Below, in pieces: positions 17,481 through 30,600 of a DNA stretch of 64,000 bases. Within the stretch, counting starts at the first letter, position 1; each line of letters starts with the position of its first letter. The stretch lies in the IMG/VR virus record IMGVR_UViG_3300005439_000017, positions 1-64,000 of that record. One strand, 5' to 3'. Both the position numbers and the translations under genes were made by a program. The notes under the pieces were generated by a model, which worked only from the letters and a program-made list of their open reading frames with translations, had not been told where the DNA came from and did no database searches. This stretch comes from a virus. Its lineage: Duplodnaviria; Caudoviricetes.

Positions 17481-17834
17481 ATGGAGAATAAAAAGAAGGT
17501 ACTATTCGTGTGTACTGCTAATAGATATAGAAGTAGAACAGCATATGAACTATTTAAAGATAACCCCGATCTAGAAGTTGATAGTTGTGGACTAGAGTCT
17601 TTCTATGTTAGAGACACTAAGAAATTTTATTGGGATAAAGCAAAGGAATTTACCCCAGAACTTTATGAATGGGCTGATATTGTGTATGTAATGGAAGATT
17701 ATCATATGTATCTATTAGAAGAAAAAGGGATAAATAGTTCAGATTCTAAATTAATTAATTTGGGAATAGAAGATATTTATGAATATAATAATCCAGAATT
17801 AATAGATCTACTAAAGTCAAAAATTAAAATTTAG
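17481..17834 (+). CDS. low-molecular-weight protein tyrosine phosphatase-like protein
   Basis: VLFVCTANRYRS (CxxNxxRS P-loop), VDSCG, WADIVYVME, and IEDIY general-acid Asp. Confidence 0.85.
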   Translation: MENKKKVLFVCTANRYRSRTAYELFKDNPDLEVDSCGLESFYVRDTKKFYWDKAKEFTPELYEWADIVYVMEDYHMYLLEEKGINSSDSKLINLGIEDIYEYNNPELIDLLKSKIKI

Positions 17835-17840
17835 ATAACA

Positions 17841-17873
17841 AAATAGGGTATAGAAATAAATCTATACCCTTTA
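17841..17873. terminator. bidirectional terminator between the convergent gene blocks
   Basis: AGGGTATAGA-aataaa-TCTATACCCT 10-bp stem flanked by A and T runs, between stops at 17834 (+) and 17903 (-). Confidence 0.7.
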
Positions 17874-17902
17874 TCCAAGTTGTAGTCTTATTCTAAGTTT
17901 CG

Positions 17903-20900
17903 TTACTTAATATAATCTATTTGTCTGTCAATATCTTGTAAGTCTTCTATCTTATTAATAACAGGTATTAAATCAACAAATTTAACAGCTATTTTCAATT
18001 CTCCTGCTCTTTTTCCTCTTTCATATGTATCCCCCCAATTTAATGGTTGTCCTGCCATTATAAGAAATGTAGTTAAATTCTGAGCTGTCATAACACCAGC
18101 AGCAGGAGACTTGAGAATCTTAAACATTTCAGAAGCATTTGGTCCTGGTACAAAGAAAGCTATCTCTGAATAGGTTCTATGGAACTGATAAAGTAAAAAC
18201 TTCTTATAATCATCATCCTTGTCTTCCCAATCAGAGGCAAGCCTAGCCAATAAAGCCACACCAACCATAAATGCTATCTCATTTAGTGTTCTGATGACAT
18301 TAGCTCTTTCCATTTTAGACATAGAATTCCATTGGCTGACAACGTTCGGTTGAAAAGATATCAAATCTTTAGCCAACTGAATAGCAAAATTCCAAGTACT
18401 TATGTAAGTACCTTCCTGTTCCTCATTTAGTCTATAATTAAATCTTTTAGATCTGAATCTTCTTTCAAATCCCGGAACTATAAATTTCCTGAATAATAGT
18501 GCTATTCTACCTAAAGCGTATTTCTGAGCTATAGATCTATCTATATCGCTATATACACCATCCATATATTGATTAGCACCTTTAACAGTATCAATAAATC
18601 TGGCTATATCCTTCCTAGTAATATCTTTATCTTTAAATATTAGTCTACCTTCTTTAACTTCGGTAGTTTCCCACATATTAACTGTTTTGCCAGAATCAAG
18701 TTTAAAATTCTGAGCCATAGCTAAAGCTAAAGTGGTTTGAAGATAATGCTCACCAGCATTATTAGCAAACATTAATGTGTTTAGTCCAAGCAGTCTAGTG
18801 AATTTATTACCTCTAAAAGCTCTTATTTCTCTTACTCTTTCGTTATTATTCTGAAGAACATCGAAATATTCAGACCACAGTGCTAATTTACTCTTCTTAT
18901 TTCTAGAACCTATATCATTGCAATAACTAGCAATATTAGCAGTGTATATACCATTAGCTCTTAGATAGTCCTTTTTACCATAAAAAGTACCAGCTAAGCT
19001 ATCTCCAAATCGAAGTATATTACCAAGAGTAATGTTAGAGAATCCTGAGAATAAGTTAAGTGCTAGTCCATTAAGAGCAGTCCACTTATTAAATTTATCA
19101 GCAACTTTACCTAAGTCAATCTTCACACCAGCTACGTCAATAACTTCGTTTTCACTTCTCATCCGACCATAAACCTGCATATTCATGTACTCCTCAAACA
19201 TCCTATACCCGCTTGATTCTATACCTTTCTTAGTAATAATATCACCAGTAGTAGAATCTATCTTAGCCACTCCAAATCTCTTCTGAGTAACATTCCTTTC
19301 AGCCAATATATCCTTAATAGTTTCCAACTCAGCTACTATATCACTCATATACTTATAATTAGCTGCCATATTGTAAAATCTTATAAGTGTACTAGAGAAG
19401 TCGGTATTTATATCATTAGTGTCTTCGAGGTATCTGGTATAATAAATAGGAACAGTAGAAATAGCCTTTCCAGCATCATCTACTATACCAAATTCATCAA
19501 CATCTTCTCTAAGTAATATTTGGTCTTTTAAGCCCTCTTTTATCGTTTTTAAGCCACTTTTAATATCTTTTGATGAAATAGCACGTTCTAGAGATTTCTT
19601 ACGAATCTGAGGCATCTTAGAGTACATTTCATAATTAGGGGGCAGAAAGTCTTTAGCTTCAGTATAGATCTTATTTAACTCTGTAAACAGTTTAAATTTT
19701 TTAGGATTACTTTCAAGTTTCTCATATTGAGTTTTATACTTAGCATCATTTTTATGAGCTTTGGTCCACTTTTTAACTTGTTCTGCTAATAACTCCTCAT
19801 CTTCATAAATCTTAGCTAATTCTTCTCTGTAGGCTGTTCTATCTCTAAAGAATTGAGAATCAAGTTGGGAAACCATATTTCCAGTCAATTTACCATCAAC
19901 ATTTTTCTCAAACATATCATTATAAACACTAAGCCCTTTTTCACCAGTTTCCTTCTCGTAGTCTTCTAATAGCTTTAATACCCTTTTTTCTGCGTTATAA
20001 GCCACTAATCTGGCAGTATCCTTACTTTCCCTTATAGCTTTAGAAGAAAGAGCTAATATCGCATCTTTACTATCTCCTATAGTAGATAAATAAGCAGAGA
20101 CAATATTAATATCTGTATCAGAATGCTCTAATAAGTCCTGAATCTTTTCTGAAGTCATTTCGGAATTAGATTTTGCATATTCATACAGGAATTCAGACAC
20201 CTTAACTTTACCCTGCTCTAGATAGAATGTTTTAATCTCATTCTTCTTAGAGATCATAGGAAGAATTCTTTCTTTAAGAGAAGATAGTCTAGGATCTGAG
20301 AATCTTTGACTTATAAACACATCGAGAACATCATATGCTTTTATGTAAACATATAAGTCTCTAAGATCTTTAGTAGTTACAAGACTAGGAACCTCTTCAA
20401 GCTTAAGCATTCTATTGTGCTGAATATTAATATCTTTATCTGCCTGATCTATAAATCCTATAAATCCTTCCACATCTTGATTCTTCTCTAGTTGTTCATA
20501 AATCCTATCTAATTCTGCCTTATATTCATCTCTGATATTCTTCTGTTTGTAGTGAGCTAGTTTCCTCTTTAAACTATCTGTAGCTCTTTTAAGAACATCT
20601 TTAAAAGGATCCAGCTTAACTTGAAAATAGGCTTCATCAGAATCTATATCCGAGTTATAGACTTGTTCTAAGGTATCTGAGAGCATATCATTTGCCAATC
20701 TTTCATATTGAGCATTAATAATAGCATCAATTTCATTAGCAGAATTCTTACCAAAAATACCTTTAATCTTAGCCCAGATCAATTTGGCTGTGGCCAATAG
20801 CTGATCAAACAGGCTCTTATTTTCACTGTACACATTATTATTAACAAGAGCAGAAGTTAGCAGTTTACCTGCTGTTTCAAAAGCCATTTTCTCTTCAGTA

Positions 20901-21646
20901 TCATAAATATCCTTGTACTGTTCTTTAACAGTATTATACAAAGTAGATTTTCTGGCAAGATTAAGATATCTATCATACATAGGAGTATTCTTAACCATAG
21001 CAAATAAAAAGTGAGAAGACTCTTCAGGAAGAGTTTCTATATTAGCTTTGTTATCAACAATATAAATAGTCTTCCTAGCTATATCAGCCATAGCCACAGC
21101 ATCCTCACCAGTTCTTGTTTTAAGCTCATTAATAGCCTCTACAGATATTCCTTTAGAAGATAACCAACCAGTTAATAGATTATCTAACTTTTCGTTTGGT
21201 TTCTCTAAATTGTCACTGAACAACTGGAATGATTTACCTTGTTGTCTGGCATTAAATATAGCTTGAGCAGCTAATGGGTTTATTTCAATAGTAGCAGAAT
21301 TCTTAGTCTTAGTAATAAGAATTATATCTTGATTACCAGCAATATCTCTATAATAAGTATTAATATTATTAAGCTTATCAATTCTCTTTTGAAAAGCTGA
21401 TTTACTTTCAATATTTTCATTATCTTCTCCCCATCTTCCCTTGTTAACGAACCATTTATCATCAAATCTATGGATTAATTTACTATCTACAAGATATTTA
21501 AGCCAGTTTTCGACTGTAGATTCCTGAAAGGATTCGGGTATAGTATAGTTATTAGCAATAAATTGTCTGTAGGCTTCAAACTCACCTACCTTATCTACAA
21601 GCGCTATCCAGCGACTATCATTTTTATTTGGGCAAACTAATTTCAT
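17903..21646 (-). CDS. large virion (ejected) protein, 1247 aa, with degenerate zincin motif
   Basis: Directly downstream of the vRNAP gene as in crAss-like phages; TLPEESSHF...E..AFE resembles HExxH with the first His replaced. Confidence 0.7.
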   Translation of the reverse strand: MKLVCPNKNDSRWIALVDKVGEFEAYRQFIANNYTIPESFQESTVENWLKYLVDSKLIHRFDDKWFVNKGRWGEDNENIESKSAFQKRIDKLNNINTYYRDIAGNQDIILITKTKNSATIEINPLAAQAIFNARQQGKSFQLFSDNLEKPNEKLDNLLTGWLSSKGISVEAINELKTRTGEDAVAMADIARKTIYIVDNKANIETLPEESSHFLFAMVKNTPMYDRYLNLARKSTLYNTVKEQYKDIYDTEEKMAFETAGKLLTSALVNNNVYSENKSLFDQLLATAKLIWAKIKGIFGKNSANEIDAIINAQYERLANDMLSDTLEQVYNSDIDSDEAYFQVKLDPFKDVLKRATDSLKRKLAHYKQKNIRDEYKAELDRIYEQLEKNQDVEGFIGFIDQADKDINIQHNRMLKLEEVPSLVTTKDLRDLYVYIKAYDVLDVFISQRFSDPRLSSLKERILPMISKKNEIKTFYLEQGKVKVSEFLYEYAKSNSEMTSEKIQDLLEHSDTDINIVSAYLSTIGDSKDAILALSSKAIRESKDTARLVAYNAEKRVLKLLEDYEKETGEKGLSVYNDMFEKNVDGKLTGNMVSQLDSQFFRDRTAYREELAKIYEDEELLAEQVKKWTKAHKNDAKYKTQYEKLESNPKKFKLFTELNKIYTEAKDFLPPNYEMYSKMPQIRKKSLERAISSKDIKSGLKTIKEGLKDQILLREDVDEFGIVDDAGKAISTVPIYYTRYLEDTNDINTDFSSTLIRFYNMAANYKYMSDIVAELETIKDILAERNVTQKRFGVAKIDSTTGDIITKKGIESSGYRMFEEYMNMQVYGRMRSENEVIDVAGVKIDLGKVADKFNKWTALNGLALNLFSGFSNITLGNILRFGDSLAGTFYGKKDYLRANGIYTANIASYCNDIGSRNKKSKLALWSEYFDVLQNNNERVREIRAFRGNKFTRLLGLNTLMFANNAGEHYLQTTLALAMAQNFKLDSGKTVNMWETTEVKEGRLIFKDKDITRKDIARFIDTVKGANQYMDGVYSDIDRSIAQKYALGRIALLFRKFIVPGFERRFRSKRFNYRLNEEQEGTYISTWNFAIQLAKDLISFQPNVVSQWNSMSKMERANVIRTLNEIAFMVGVALLARLASDWEDKDDDYKKFLLYQFHRTYSEIAFFVPGPNASEMFKILKSPAAGVMTAQNLTTFLIMAGQPLNWGDTYERGKRAGELKIAVKFVDLIPVINKIEDLQDIDRQIDYIK

Positions 21647-21647
21647 A

Positions 21648-24600
21648 TTATTTACAGTGATCTATTAGGGTTTGGATATCATCATCCGATACATCTTTAT
21701 TAGTATCAGAAATTGTATTATCTAAAGTCTCAACTTGTTTAGTTACAGGAGATTTAGATTCATCCACTTTAACATTGTTACTAACTACTATGGATTGTAA
21801 ATTGTCGATATTAATATCATATTCATTACCTACTAACTTTCCAACCTCTTCATAGGTAAAAGTATTCTTATCTAGTAATCTGAATAATTTATTATCAAAC
21901 TTAACCATAAACTTAGGAAGCTTCTCAGTAAATGTTTCTCCCTCTTGTTGATAGGTTACAGTGTCTATAACATTACTACCATCTTTGACTACTAAGTAGT
22001 GGTTTTTATGTTGTATTACAAACTTAGGATCAACTTCTTTAACAAATCCTGAATTAGGATTATTTCTGATAAATTGCTCTACAAACCTATTTATTTTCTG
22101 CAAATATAAGGAATCTTGCTCTAATTTACCAAAAATATCTTCCTGAAAATCAATTAATCCTATATCTCTCAGATATTCTGTAGGAATAAAATCAGCAAAT
22201 GAGTAGAGAGATTTACCAACCCCGGATACAGCGAATGAATAAACGACAAGATCTTTGCCTATGCTAGCCACTTCGGTATTATCGTCTTTAAGAAGCCTAT
22301 CAAAATCCTGAATAATTTCATTTCTTTCATCCTTAGTATATCCTACTGTACCAGAGAATGTTATATAATTGACATCTTTATTACTCTGATAGTCAGGAGT
22401 ATGCAGAAGTTTAATAAACAGATTATCTTCATAGTCTTTATTACCTTTAAGTTTATTTAGCCTCTTTGCTAGTGTTTTCTCACCTATAAGCAACTCTTTT
22501 AGGTTTTTAGTATTATCCTTCAGCCAATCAAAATCTGTTGTTATAAACGAAATTAAACTGTTATTCAAAGCACTTATATTTTTATAATAGAAAGTGTCTG
22601 ATGCATCTCCATTATCTTTAAGCTGTCTAAGAAAATTGTCAAATATTCTATTACCATATGGTATGTATCTGGCAGTATTATCTCTGGTAACTCTAAGCAC
22701 ATCAGTAAATTCTTTAACCATTGGGTAGGTACTCTCTTCTGAGAATACTGAAGCTGTGCTAACCATCTTGTTTTCAATACTCTGATCTACCTTATCAAGA
22801 AATTGATTAAGTTGGGCTAAAGTAGGAAGAGATCTTATAGCGTCTGCTCTGGTTGCACTTACAGCAAGACCTAAACTATTAGCATACTTTCTATACTGTT
22901 TGTAGGTCTGATACACTAATTTTTGATAATCGTTAGTAGTATCTTTTAACTCTCTTCTTAAAGTTTCAGTAGACAAATCTACAACCTTATTTTCCAACTT
23001 ATCTATATTGTATTTAGCTATTATTCTGGTCTCTGCTTCCTTTTCATTGTAAATGGTAAGAAATCTTACATAATCTTCCAATATAGGCTGAGAAATGAAA
23101 TAAGAAGCTGTTTCAAGGCTATATCCAGCCCTAACTATCATAGCAGCAACACCAAATGTTTCAAAATTGATATTAAGATCATCTGCTACAGGATCTTTAG
23201 CATTATCAACAAAAGCAGCAAGGAATTGTCCAAGATTATCAGATATAAGCGTTTTGAGATCAAGCGCATACATTCCTGATAGATTAGTCTCAGACTTACC
23301 ATCAAATGTAATAGTTCCATTGTTTAAATAAAGATTACTTTCTTGGGCAAGAGCATGATTAGTATTCTGATTAGCAGCCAATCCAATTAGACCAGCACCA
23401 GCCTGGTTCCTTTTTCTGAACTCTTCTTGACTAATAGGATCTATATAGATTAGTGGGGCTTTGCTCTTATATTTCCTAACTTCACCAGCAAGCTTTTGTA
23501 ACTCAGCAAATCCCCCTTCTTTAACTATTTCATTATAATTAGCAGGATTAGTAAGAATAGATTGTATAATATCTAGAATACCATTATCTCTTTCTTCACG
23601 AGTATGAGATTCGGCCTCTGGATTGAATTCAATCTTAGTTATATCATTTCCCTGTTTCTTGAACTCCGGAAGCATGATATAGAGTTTATCAATATCGAAA
23701 TCAGATCCCATCTGAGATACAATTTCAGGGGGTAATACTACCATACTACCAGATTCTTGTGGTAAGAATCCAACAACTTTAAGAGGTATCATAGAGTGTT
23801 TTCCTTCTGTAGGAATCCTATAACCAACCATTTTAAGAAGTTCTGGATCAATATCTGCTATATCTTTTGGTTGAACTACTTCTTTAGTCCACCAAGGTAA
23901 TAGACATTCAGCATATTCTATCACACCTTCTTTGTTCCTAATATATTTAAGATCCTGAAATCCGAATTGTGATACCTGAACAGCTCCAATGCCTCTAGTC
24001 TTCTGAGACATTACCCCATTCTTAAAGATAGAAGTGAGAATAGGTTCAAATCTAGTAAGTAGGTTAAAGGGTAGGCTTATTGTCTGGCTACCATCTTTCT
24101 TAGTAATTAGTTTTAAACCTTGCTCATAATTATCATCAAGATTTCTGCTGTCAATCTCATCTCTGAGCATATCTACTAAAGTGTTTATATCAGAGAATTC
24201 TTCTACTGTAGCACTAAGATCTTCTCTAACATTATCCACAATTAGTTTTTGATAAAGGTCTTTAATTTCTCTACCTGTTAGTTCTTTATCTTTAAGCTTA
24301 TAAATAGTATCATTTTTAACATTCTCCAATATCAATCTTCTAATCTGAGTACCAAACAATATGTGAGCATCTATATGCTTCTCAGGAACGTTCTGCACCC
24401 ATCTCCAATAACTGTTGGACAGAGTTATATATTTTACATCCTTGTTATTAAGGAAATCTTCTTGGTTATTAGAATTAATCTCACCTGCCTTAACAGCACT
24501 ATCAAATACAGCCTCATCAATACCATTCTCTTCCATAGTTCTTCTTAGCTTATCCAATTTAGGATTATCTTTAGTAAGAGCAGGAATAAGAGGTACTGCG

Positions 24601-27600
24601 GAATATTTAATTTGTGTAGGAACAACTTTCTTTAATTCTTCATTGTAAGAATGAGCATAATAGAATCCTTTAACCGGATTTAATATAATTCCATAATCTT
24701 TAATAGTCGCTTCTCCAGATTGAAGTTTAAACAGAGATTCTTCTAATTTCGTATTGTATTTACCAGTAGCTTTAGCTATTTTAATATACCTATCAAGTGT
24801 CATATATCCTTGGGCGTCTGTATAATCAATACCATTGAATGCTGGTTTATCTACCTTCTCAGTTTTTAGAATAGCAACATTGTAAGTTTCTCCTGTAACA
24901 TCTATATTTAAATCATCTCCGGGAACATTAATCTCGTTAGATCTCTTGGAAGCATCAGTAACATCTTTGTAAAAAGCTGTATCTCCAATGGTTAGTCTAG
25001 ATATTTCACCTGTAAAGATTAGACTATTTATGTAGAATCTATTCAGAGCCTTAGTTAAGCTACCATTATAAACTCTTTCTATGGCTACAGGATCGATAAA
25101 CTCTGATTGAATAGCATTACTATCATCCTTGGTAATAATACCTAAATCAAGAAGCTTATTTTGAAACTCTTGCGCTTTACCTGTTAAATATTCAGTAGCT
25201 GCTGATTTTAATTGTGTTATCAAAGCAGGATCAATAGCTCCATTATTAACTATAGAACTAACTAAACCAGGGGCTAATTGCTGTATTGCGGCGCTGTCAG
25301 TGGATAATAACTTATAGCCATTACCTTTAGTATTCCCCTTCTTAATATAATTCTTAACAGCCAAAGGAGAATCCATGGGAATTTTATTGATATAAAGATC
25401 TGCTATCCTTTTTATTTCAGGAACTATTACCTGATTTACATAAGTATCTACAATATCGTTTTCATTATATCTATAAGAAGATATGGCCCTAATGACAGGA
25501 TTATCTGAAGGTGTGGGCAGAACATATACTGCAGTTTCTTTACTACCATTATTTAAAAATAAGTTGATTTTGGTTACCCAAGAATCTTTCTCATTGAAGT
25601 CTTTATATTTAGTACCAGATTGTCCTTTTATTTGCTCCCTGAGACCATCCACTACAAATAGATCAAATCCCTTCTCTCTGAAGTTTTTATCGTTTATAAG
25701 TCTTTTAACAAGTCTTGAATCAGAATAATAGGGATCATTGAGATAGGTTTTAAGTATCTCAACGCCAGAACCATTCTTTATTTTGGTTAAGAACTTGGTC
25801 ATGAAGGTGTTCATGTTATAACTATAAACACTCTTATTCTCAACATTCTTAAATGAATCTGTAATAATATCCTTGTTAAAGTTTATAACAAGGTTAGCAA
25901 GTCTATCAATAGCTTTATCTTCAGTTAAGAAAGGATTTTGAAGACTCTTAACGCTACTAACGAGGTTCTCAAGAGTACCTTCAGTACTACCATAAATAAA
26001 TGTCTTAAACTCATTTATTCCGGGAATAATGAGATTACCAACAGACACAGACTGTTTATATCTATCAAATACCGATTTAGGAATATTTATACCAATAGCT
26101 CTAAGAACATCTATATAATTATCTATAATATCGTCTGTAAGAGCTTTGCCTTCCTTGAGAGATGTTTCTAAAGAAGCTTTAAGAACTTTATATTTATTAT
26201 TCAGTATGGCTAACGCCTCATGTCTGATAGCTTGTTTATTATTATCTATGTAGATAAATTTGTCTATAAACTTATTCTTCCATTCTTCTTTTATGAAATT
26301 TCTAATATTCTTCCTATTAGAAGTCATGACTCTGAATTTCTTAGTTTCTCCTAATTCATCTACTTCTGTAGAAAATAGAACAGTTATGAACTTATTATTA
26401 GATTTAGAGAAATTAGTATAGAATTCAGATTTAAGGTCATCTCCTGATTCATTTAATATATCAATGAGCTGATGAATTTCTGGTCTGAAACTAGTTAGTT
26501 CTTGCATCTCATTAATCATATCTGCATAGGTATCTAACCCAGCAAGATTTCTTACAAGGAAGTTATAAGTTTCATGAAAGTTCACTCTTTCATATTCAGC
26601 AAACTCGTTTATCTTGAAATGATAATTAAGCTGTTGGTTGCCATCTACATCAGTATATAGAGTAGGCTTCTTCTCCATAGCTCTAAGCGAACGAACAAGG
26701 CGTTTCATACCAGCAGACAGTTTATCATATCCACTTATTTCGAAGTATTGATATTGCCACCTTTCTTTGTTATCAATGTCTGGTTCATCAATATCTACCT
26801 CGTTCTCAGACTGAATCTTATTCTCTATGTACTCTGACCAATCTTGTGCGAGATCTCTTACTCTAATATTATATCCATATACTGATAAGAAACGTTTATG
26901 TTTGGTTTTAAGACCTTCAATCTTTTCGCCATTAACTTCCATATCTTCAAACATATCTACCAGTTTCTGATTCAATTCTGGTAAGTTGCCTTTAGAATCA
27001 GCATGCCTTGCTTGGAAGCTTTCTATAGCTCTATCATATATAATGTTGAGATTGAGTTTATTGTTTGATAAAAACTCTCCATATTCTATAAATCCTACAG
27101 GTAATCCTTTATTAACCTCATATTGTTCAACTAATTCCTCAATGGCTTCTATAAACATATCGTCTATAGTTTCTATTGCTTTTCTTTGCAGTTTAATGGT
27201 AAATCCTGGAACAAGAGATTGCCTTACTAATAATTCGTTGTTTTGCCTATTTATATTGCGTTTAAACAACTTTTCAGATTGACTATATATTCCACTATCA
27301 ATTCTATAAAAGAATTCGTCTAATGCAATCTTATTGCTCAATAGAGCTTTAAGTTGCTGATACAATCTTTTGAAGAAGTTAAGAATCTTAGCCCCTAAAG
27401 AACTAATAGACTGGTTATTAATGATATATCTCTTGAAATCTTCGGCAAGTTTTTCTTCAATATAAATATCATTTATTTCAGATTCAGAAAGATCTGGATA
27501 TAATTCTCCCAGTTTACTAGCCTCCTCAGCAGTAATTTTGGGGTACTTTCTAGTACCTTGAGTAGTTACAGACTCCCTTTCTTTATTAGAAAGGATAAGA

Positions 27601-30600
27601 TTAAATACTACGTGAAAAGCTTCGTGGTAGGTTGTACCTTCAGGGGCATTCCTGTTAATATAAATCATATTATCATAGAATAGCCCCCAAGCAGATTGAC
27701 CAAATTTAGAGTTAATTGTTCTAAGATCATCAACAAATTGGACCCTATCTTCTATAAAAGGAAGGTTCTTGGCTACCCAAGCTAATTCGTTAGTACTATT
27801 CAGGGGTTCAAACTTCTCATCTGTAGCAGACGATCTTCTGAATATTCCAGGTTTCCTAACAACCTTATCAGGAAACTTGTATGGTTCAGGTTTCTTAATA
27901 TCCCCAAGATCAGGAACTACTTTTGGTAATTCATAATGTAAACTTGGCTGAATGAAGGGGTATTGACTATTTAAGTCAGAAGTAACTACGAATTCCTCCG
28001 ATAGAAAATCATTGTAGTTGCTATAGCTATTACCAGTAACAGGGTCATTGTATTCATCGAATCCATTTATTTTCGATTTAAGAACGTTTCTTAGCCTATT
28101 GGATAAATCATTACGAACATAATCGTCATTGAAATTATCGCCAAATCTAAAGGTTTCAGAACCTATTATGATAGACTCTGTTGCCCCATCTATATAGAGA
28201 GTATTATCAGATTTATTTCCCACATAGGTAACCTCATTAATTTTGTCTGATATGTCTTTATAACTCTCAGGAGTAACATTGTTAAGGTTATCTATAATAT
28301 ATTCAACCTCTGCACTAGTTAGTCTTCTAAGATTAGCCTTAGCAGGTCTTACTTTACCATCTAGACCAATAATAGGAATATAGACTGCCCCATCTTTAAG
28401 ATTAACGGCTGAAGTTGCATTCTGTAACACTTCGTTGTTAGGAATAACAATATTACCTTGAAGACCATACCCCAATGAAAAATCCTTGGTTTTAAGAGTA
28501 TCCGATAATTTCTCTGTTTTTTCTTCTTTCTTTAAAGACTTATTCTTATCAACATTGTTAAATAATCCTGGTCCTTTATGAATAATTTTAGATTCTGTTA
28601 TAGGTTTTTTACCTCTATAAGTATCAATTACTTCTATCTGATCTGGTTCAAATACAACCATTTCCAAAAATGGTCTATATCCTTTGTCAGATTGCTTATT
28701 CCACACTACGGAATCAAATCCAATTTCCTCTAACGCTCTTCTGTCATCGCTAGATATTGTAATGGAAGTTTCTAATTTGTACCTAGCCTCATGTAATGGA
28801 TCTCCCATTATGTAAGGTCCTTTAGATTTCAAAAATGCATAGTAAAGATCTTTACCCTCTCCTATAGTATTCTTATCAGTAAATCTACCATATTTCTCGG
28901 CTTGTCTTATATCTCTTGAGAAGTATATTCCTTGTTCTCCTGTAAAAGCATCACTCTTTCTATACCCCTCATCTCCAGGCTTTTTGAATTTTTCTATTCC
29001 CTCTTTTCCTGCTGTCATAAATATCATAGGCTCACCATTGATATCCCTCATAATATTTTTATCTTTAACAGACTGATCAATAGCTCTCTCTAGATTTGTT
29101 CTATTGAACTTAACTATTTTCCCATCAGGCGACTGTACATAACCAAGGGTATAAAGATAGATTATAAAATTCTCAAGATTTTGTCTTATAGTAAACGCTG
29201 TTTTTAACTTAGCTTTAAGATCGGGATTGTCATCAAGATCGAAAGACACTTTGGAATCGAAACCTGCAAGTAATATTTTTTTATCTTTTAATTTAGTAGT
29301 TCTATCTTTAAACTTTTCACTAAGATAAATGGTTATGCCAAATTTATCATTAGTAGTCCAAGCCAACATGTCTTCAGAGTAATTATATTTAACAGGATCA
29401 GCATAATCAACCTTTAAAGGTCCATATTTATCTGAAAAATCCTGTAAGATAGTATTAGGCTCTCTTAGTTTAGCATATTGAATTTTACCTTGTTCTTTCC
29501 CATAGATTTCAACAAGATCTCTATAAAGAATAGAATCTTGCCCATTAGGGGCTTTAGTTGTAAAGTTGGTAGGAACCTCTACAGACTCTCCCTCATATAA
29601 AGCCTTTCTAAATCTAACTATATCGTCATTAGCTTCAGCGATTTCCTTAGTATAGATAGCCTTAACAAACCCAATAATTCTATCTCCAGATATTATCTCT
29701 ATAGCAGCTGTTAGATAAGGATTATTATTTGAATAGGAAAGAAGTTCATTAGGATCTAGATTATTAGCATTAGCAAATCTTATTATAAATGGATTTACAT
29801 CCACAGATTTATTAATGTTAAAACTTACAGAATCCCCAACATTTACGCTATTATTTTCTAAATAAACAGGGTTGGAAAATGCATTATAGGCAACAGCATT
29901 AGGACTATTAGAAGTATTTTCATTAGACAGTTGAGTACTTAAAGCTTCTGATAGATCTGTTGTAGTAGGTATTGAATCTATATCGTTAGGTTCTACTATG
30001 GATGATTTAACTGTATTCTCAGTATTGAAATAATCATCAATAGTCTTTCTAATCTCTGGAAATATTTCTTGCTCTCTGGCATCAGATAAAGAGTCTTTAA
30101 GCTCTTCTGGAGTTTCAGATCTAAGAGTATATCCTAAGTCTGTAAATATAGGTTCAAAATGAGCTTTGTCCATTTCAAAAGCTTTAAGATCTTTATATCT
30201 CTCCCCTAATGATTTATAGAAATTTCTATCAGGAGTTACCGATTTAAAGTATCTTTTCTCAAATTGCTTTACAGTTTCAACTTTAGTTAATTCGTTCCTT
30301 CTTCTATCCATCTCATCATTAACTATCTTAGCTAATTCTGGAATATCTTTATAAAGAGTATTTTCAGGAACATCTATAGCTTTAGCTATATTCCCCTGAA
30401 TAGGAGTTTCAAGAAGTCTTTGAAGATCTTCAACTGTAGCTTTCGATACAAAATTATCTCTAAGATTATCAGCAACCATGCTGCGCATTTGAGATTTCAT
30501 ATCATCTTTTAAGGCTGTTGTAATTTCTTCTTGTCCCTTCTTAGTTTCAACTTTCTTAAGTATATCTTTAATAGTTCCTAATTCTGTTTCAAGCTTAATC

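Noticed and set aside
17403-17492. 29 aa ORF MACIKYIKMG... bridging two genes
   Set aside because: Too short and featureless to support, although it overlaps both neighbours.
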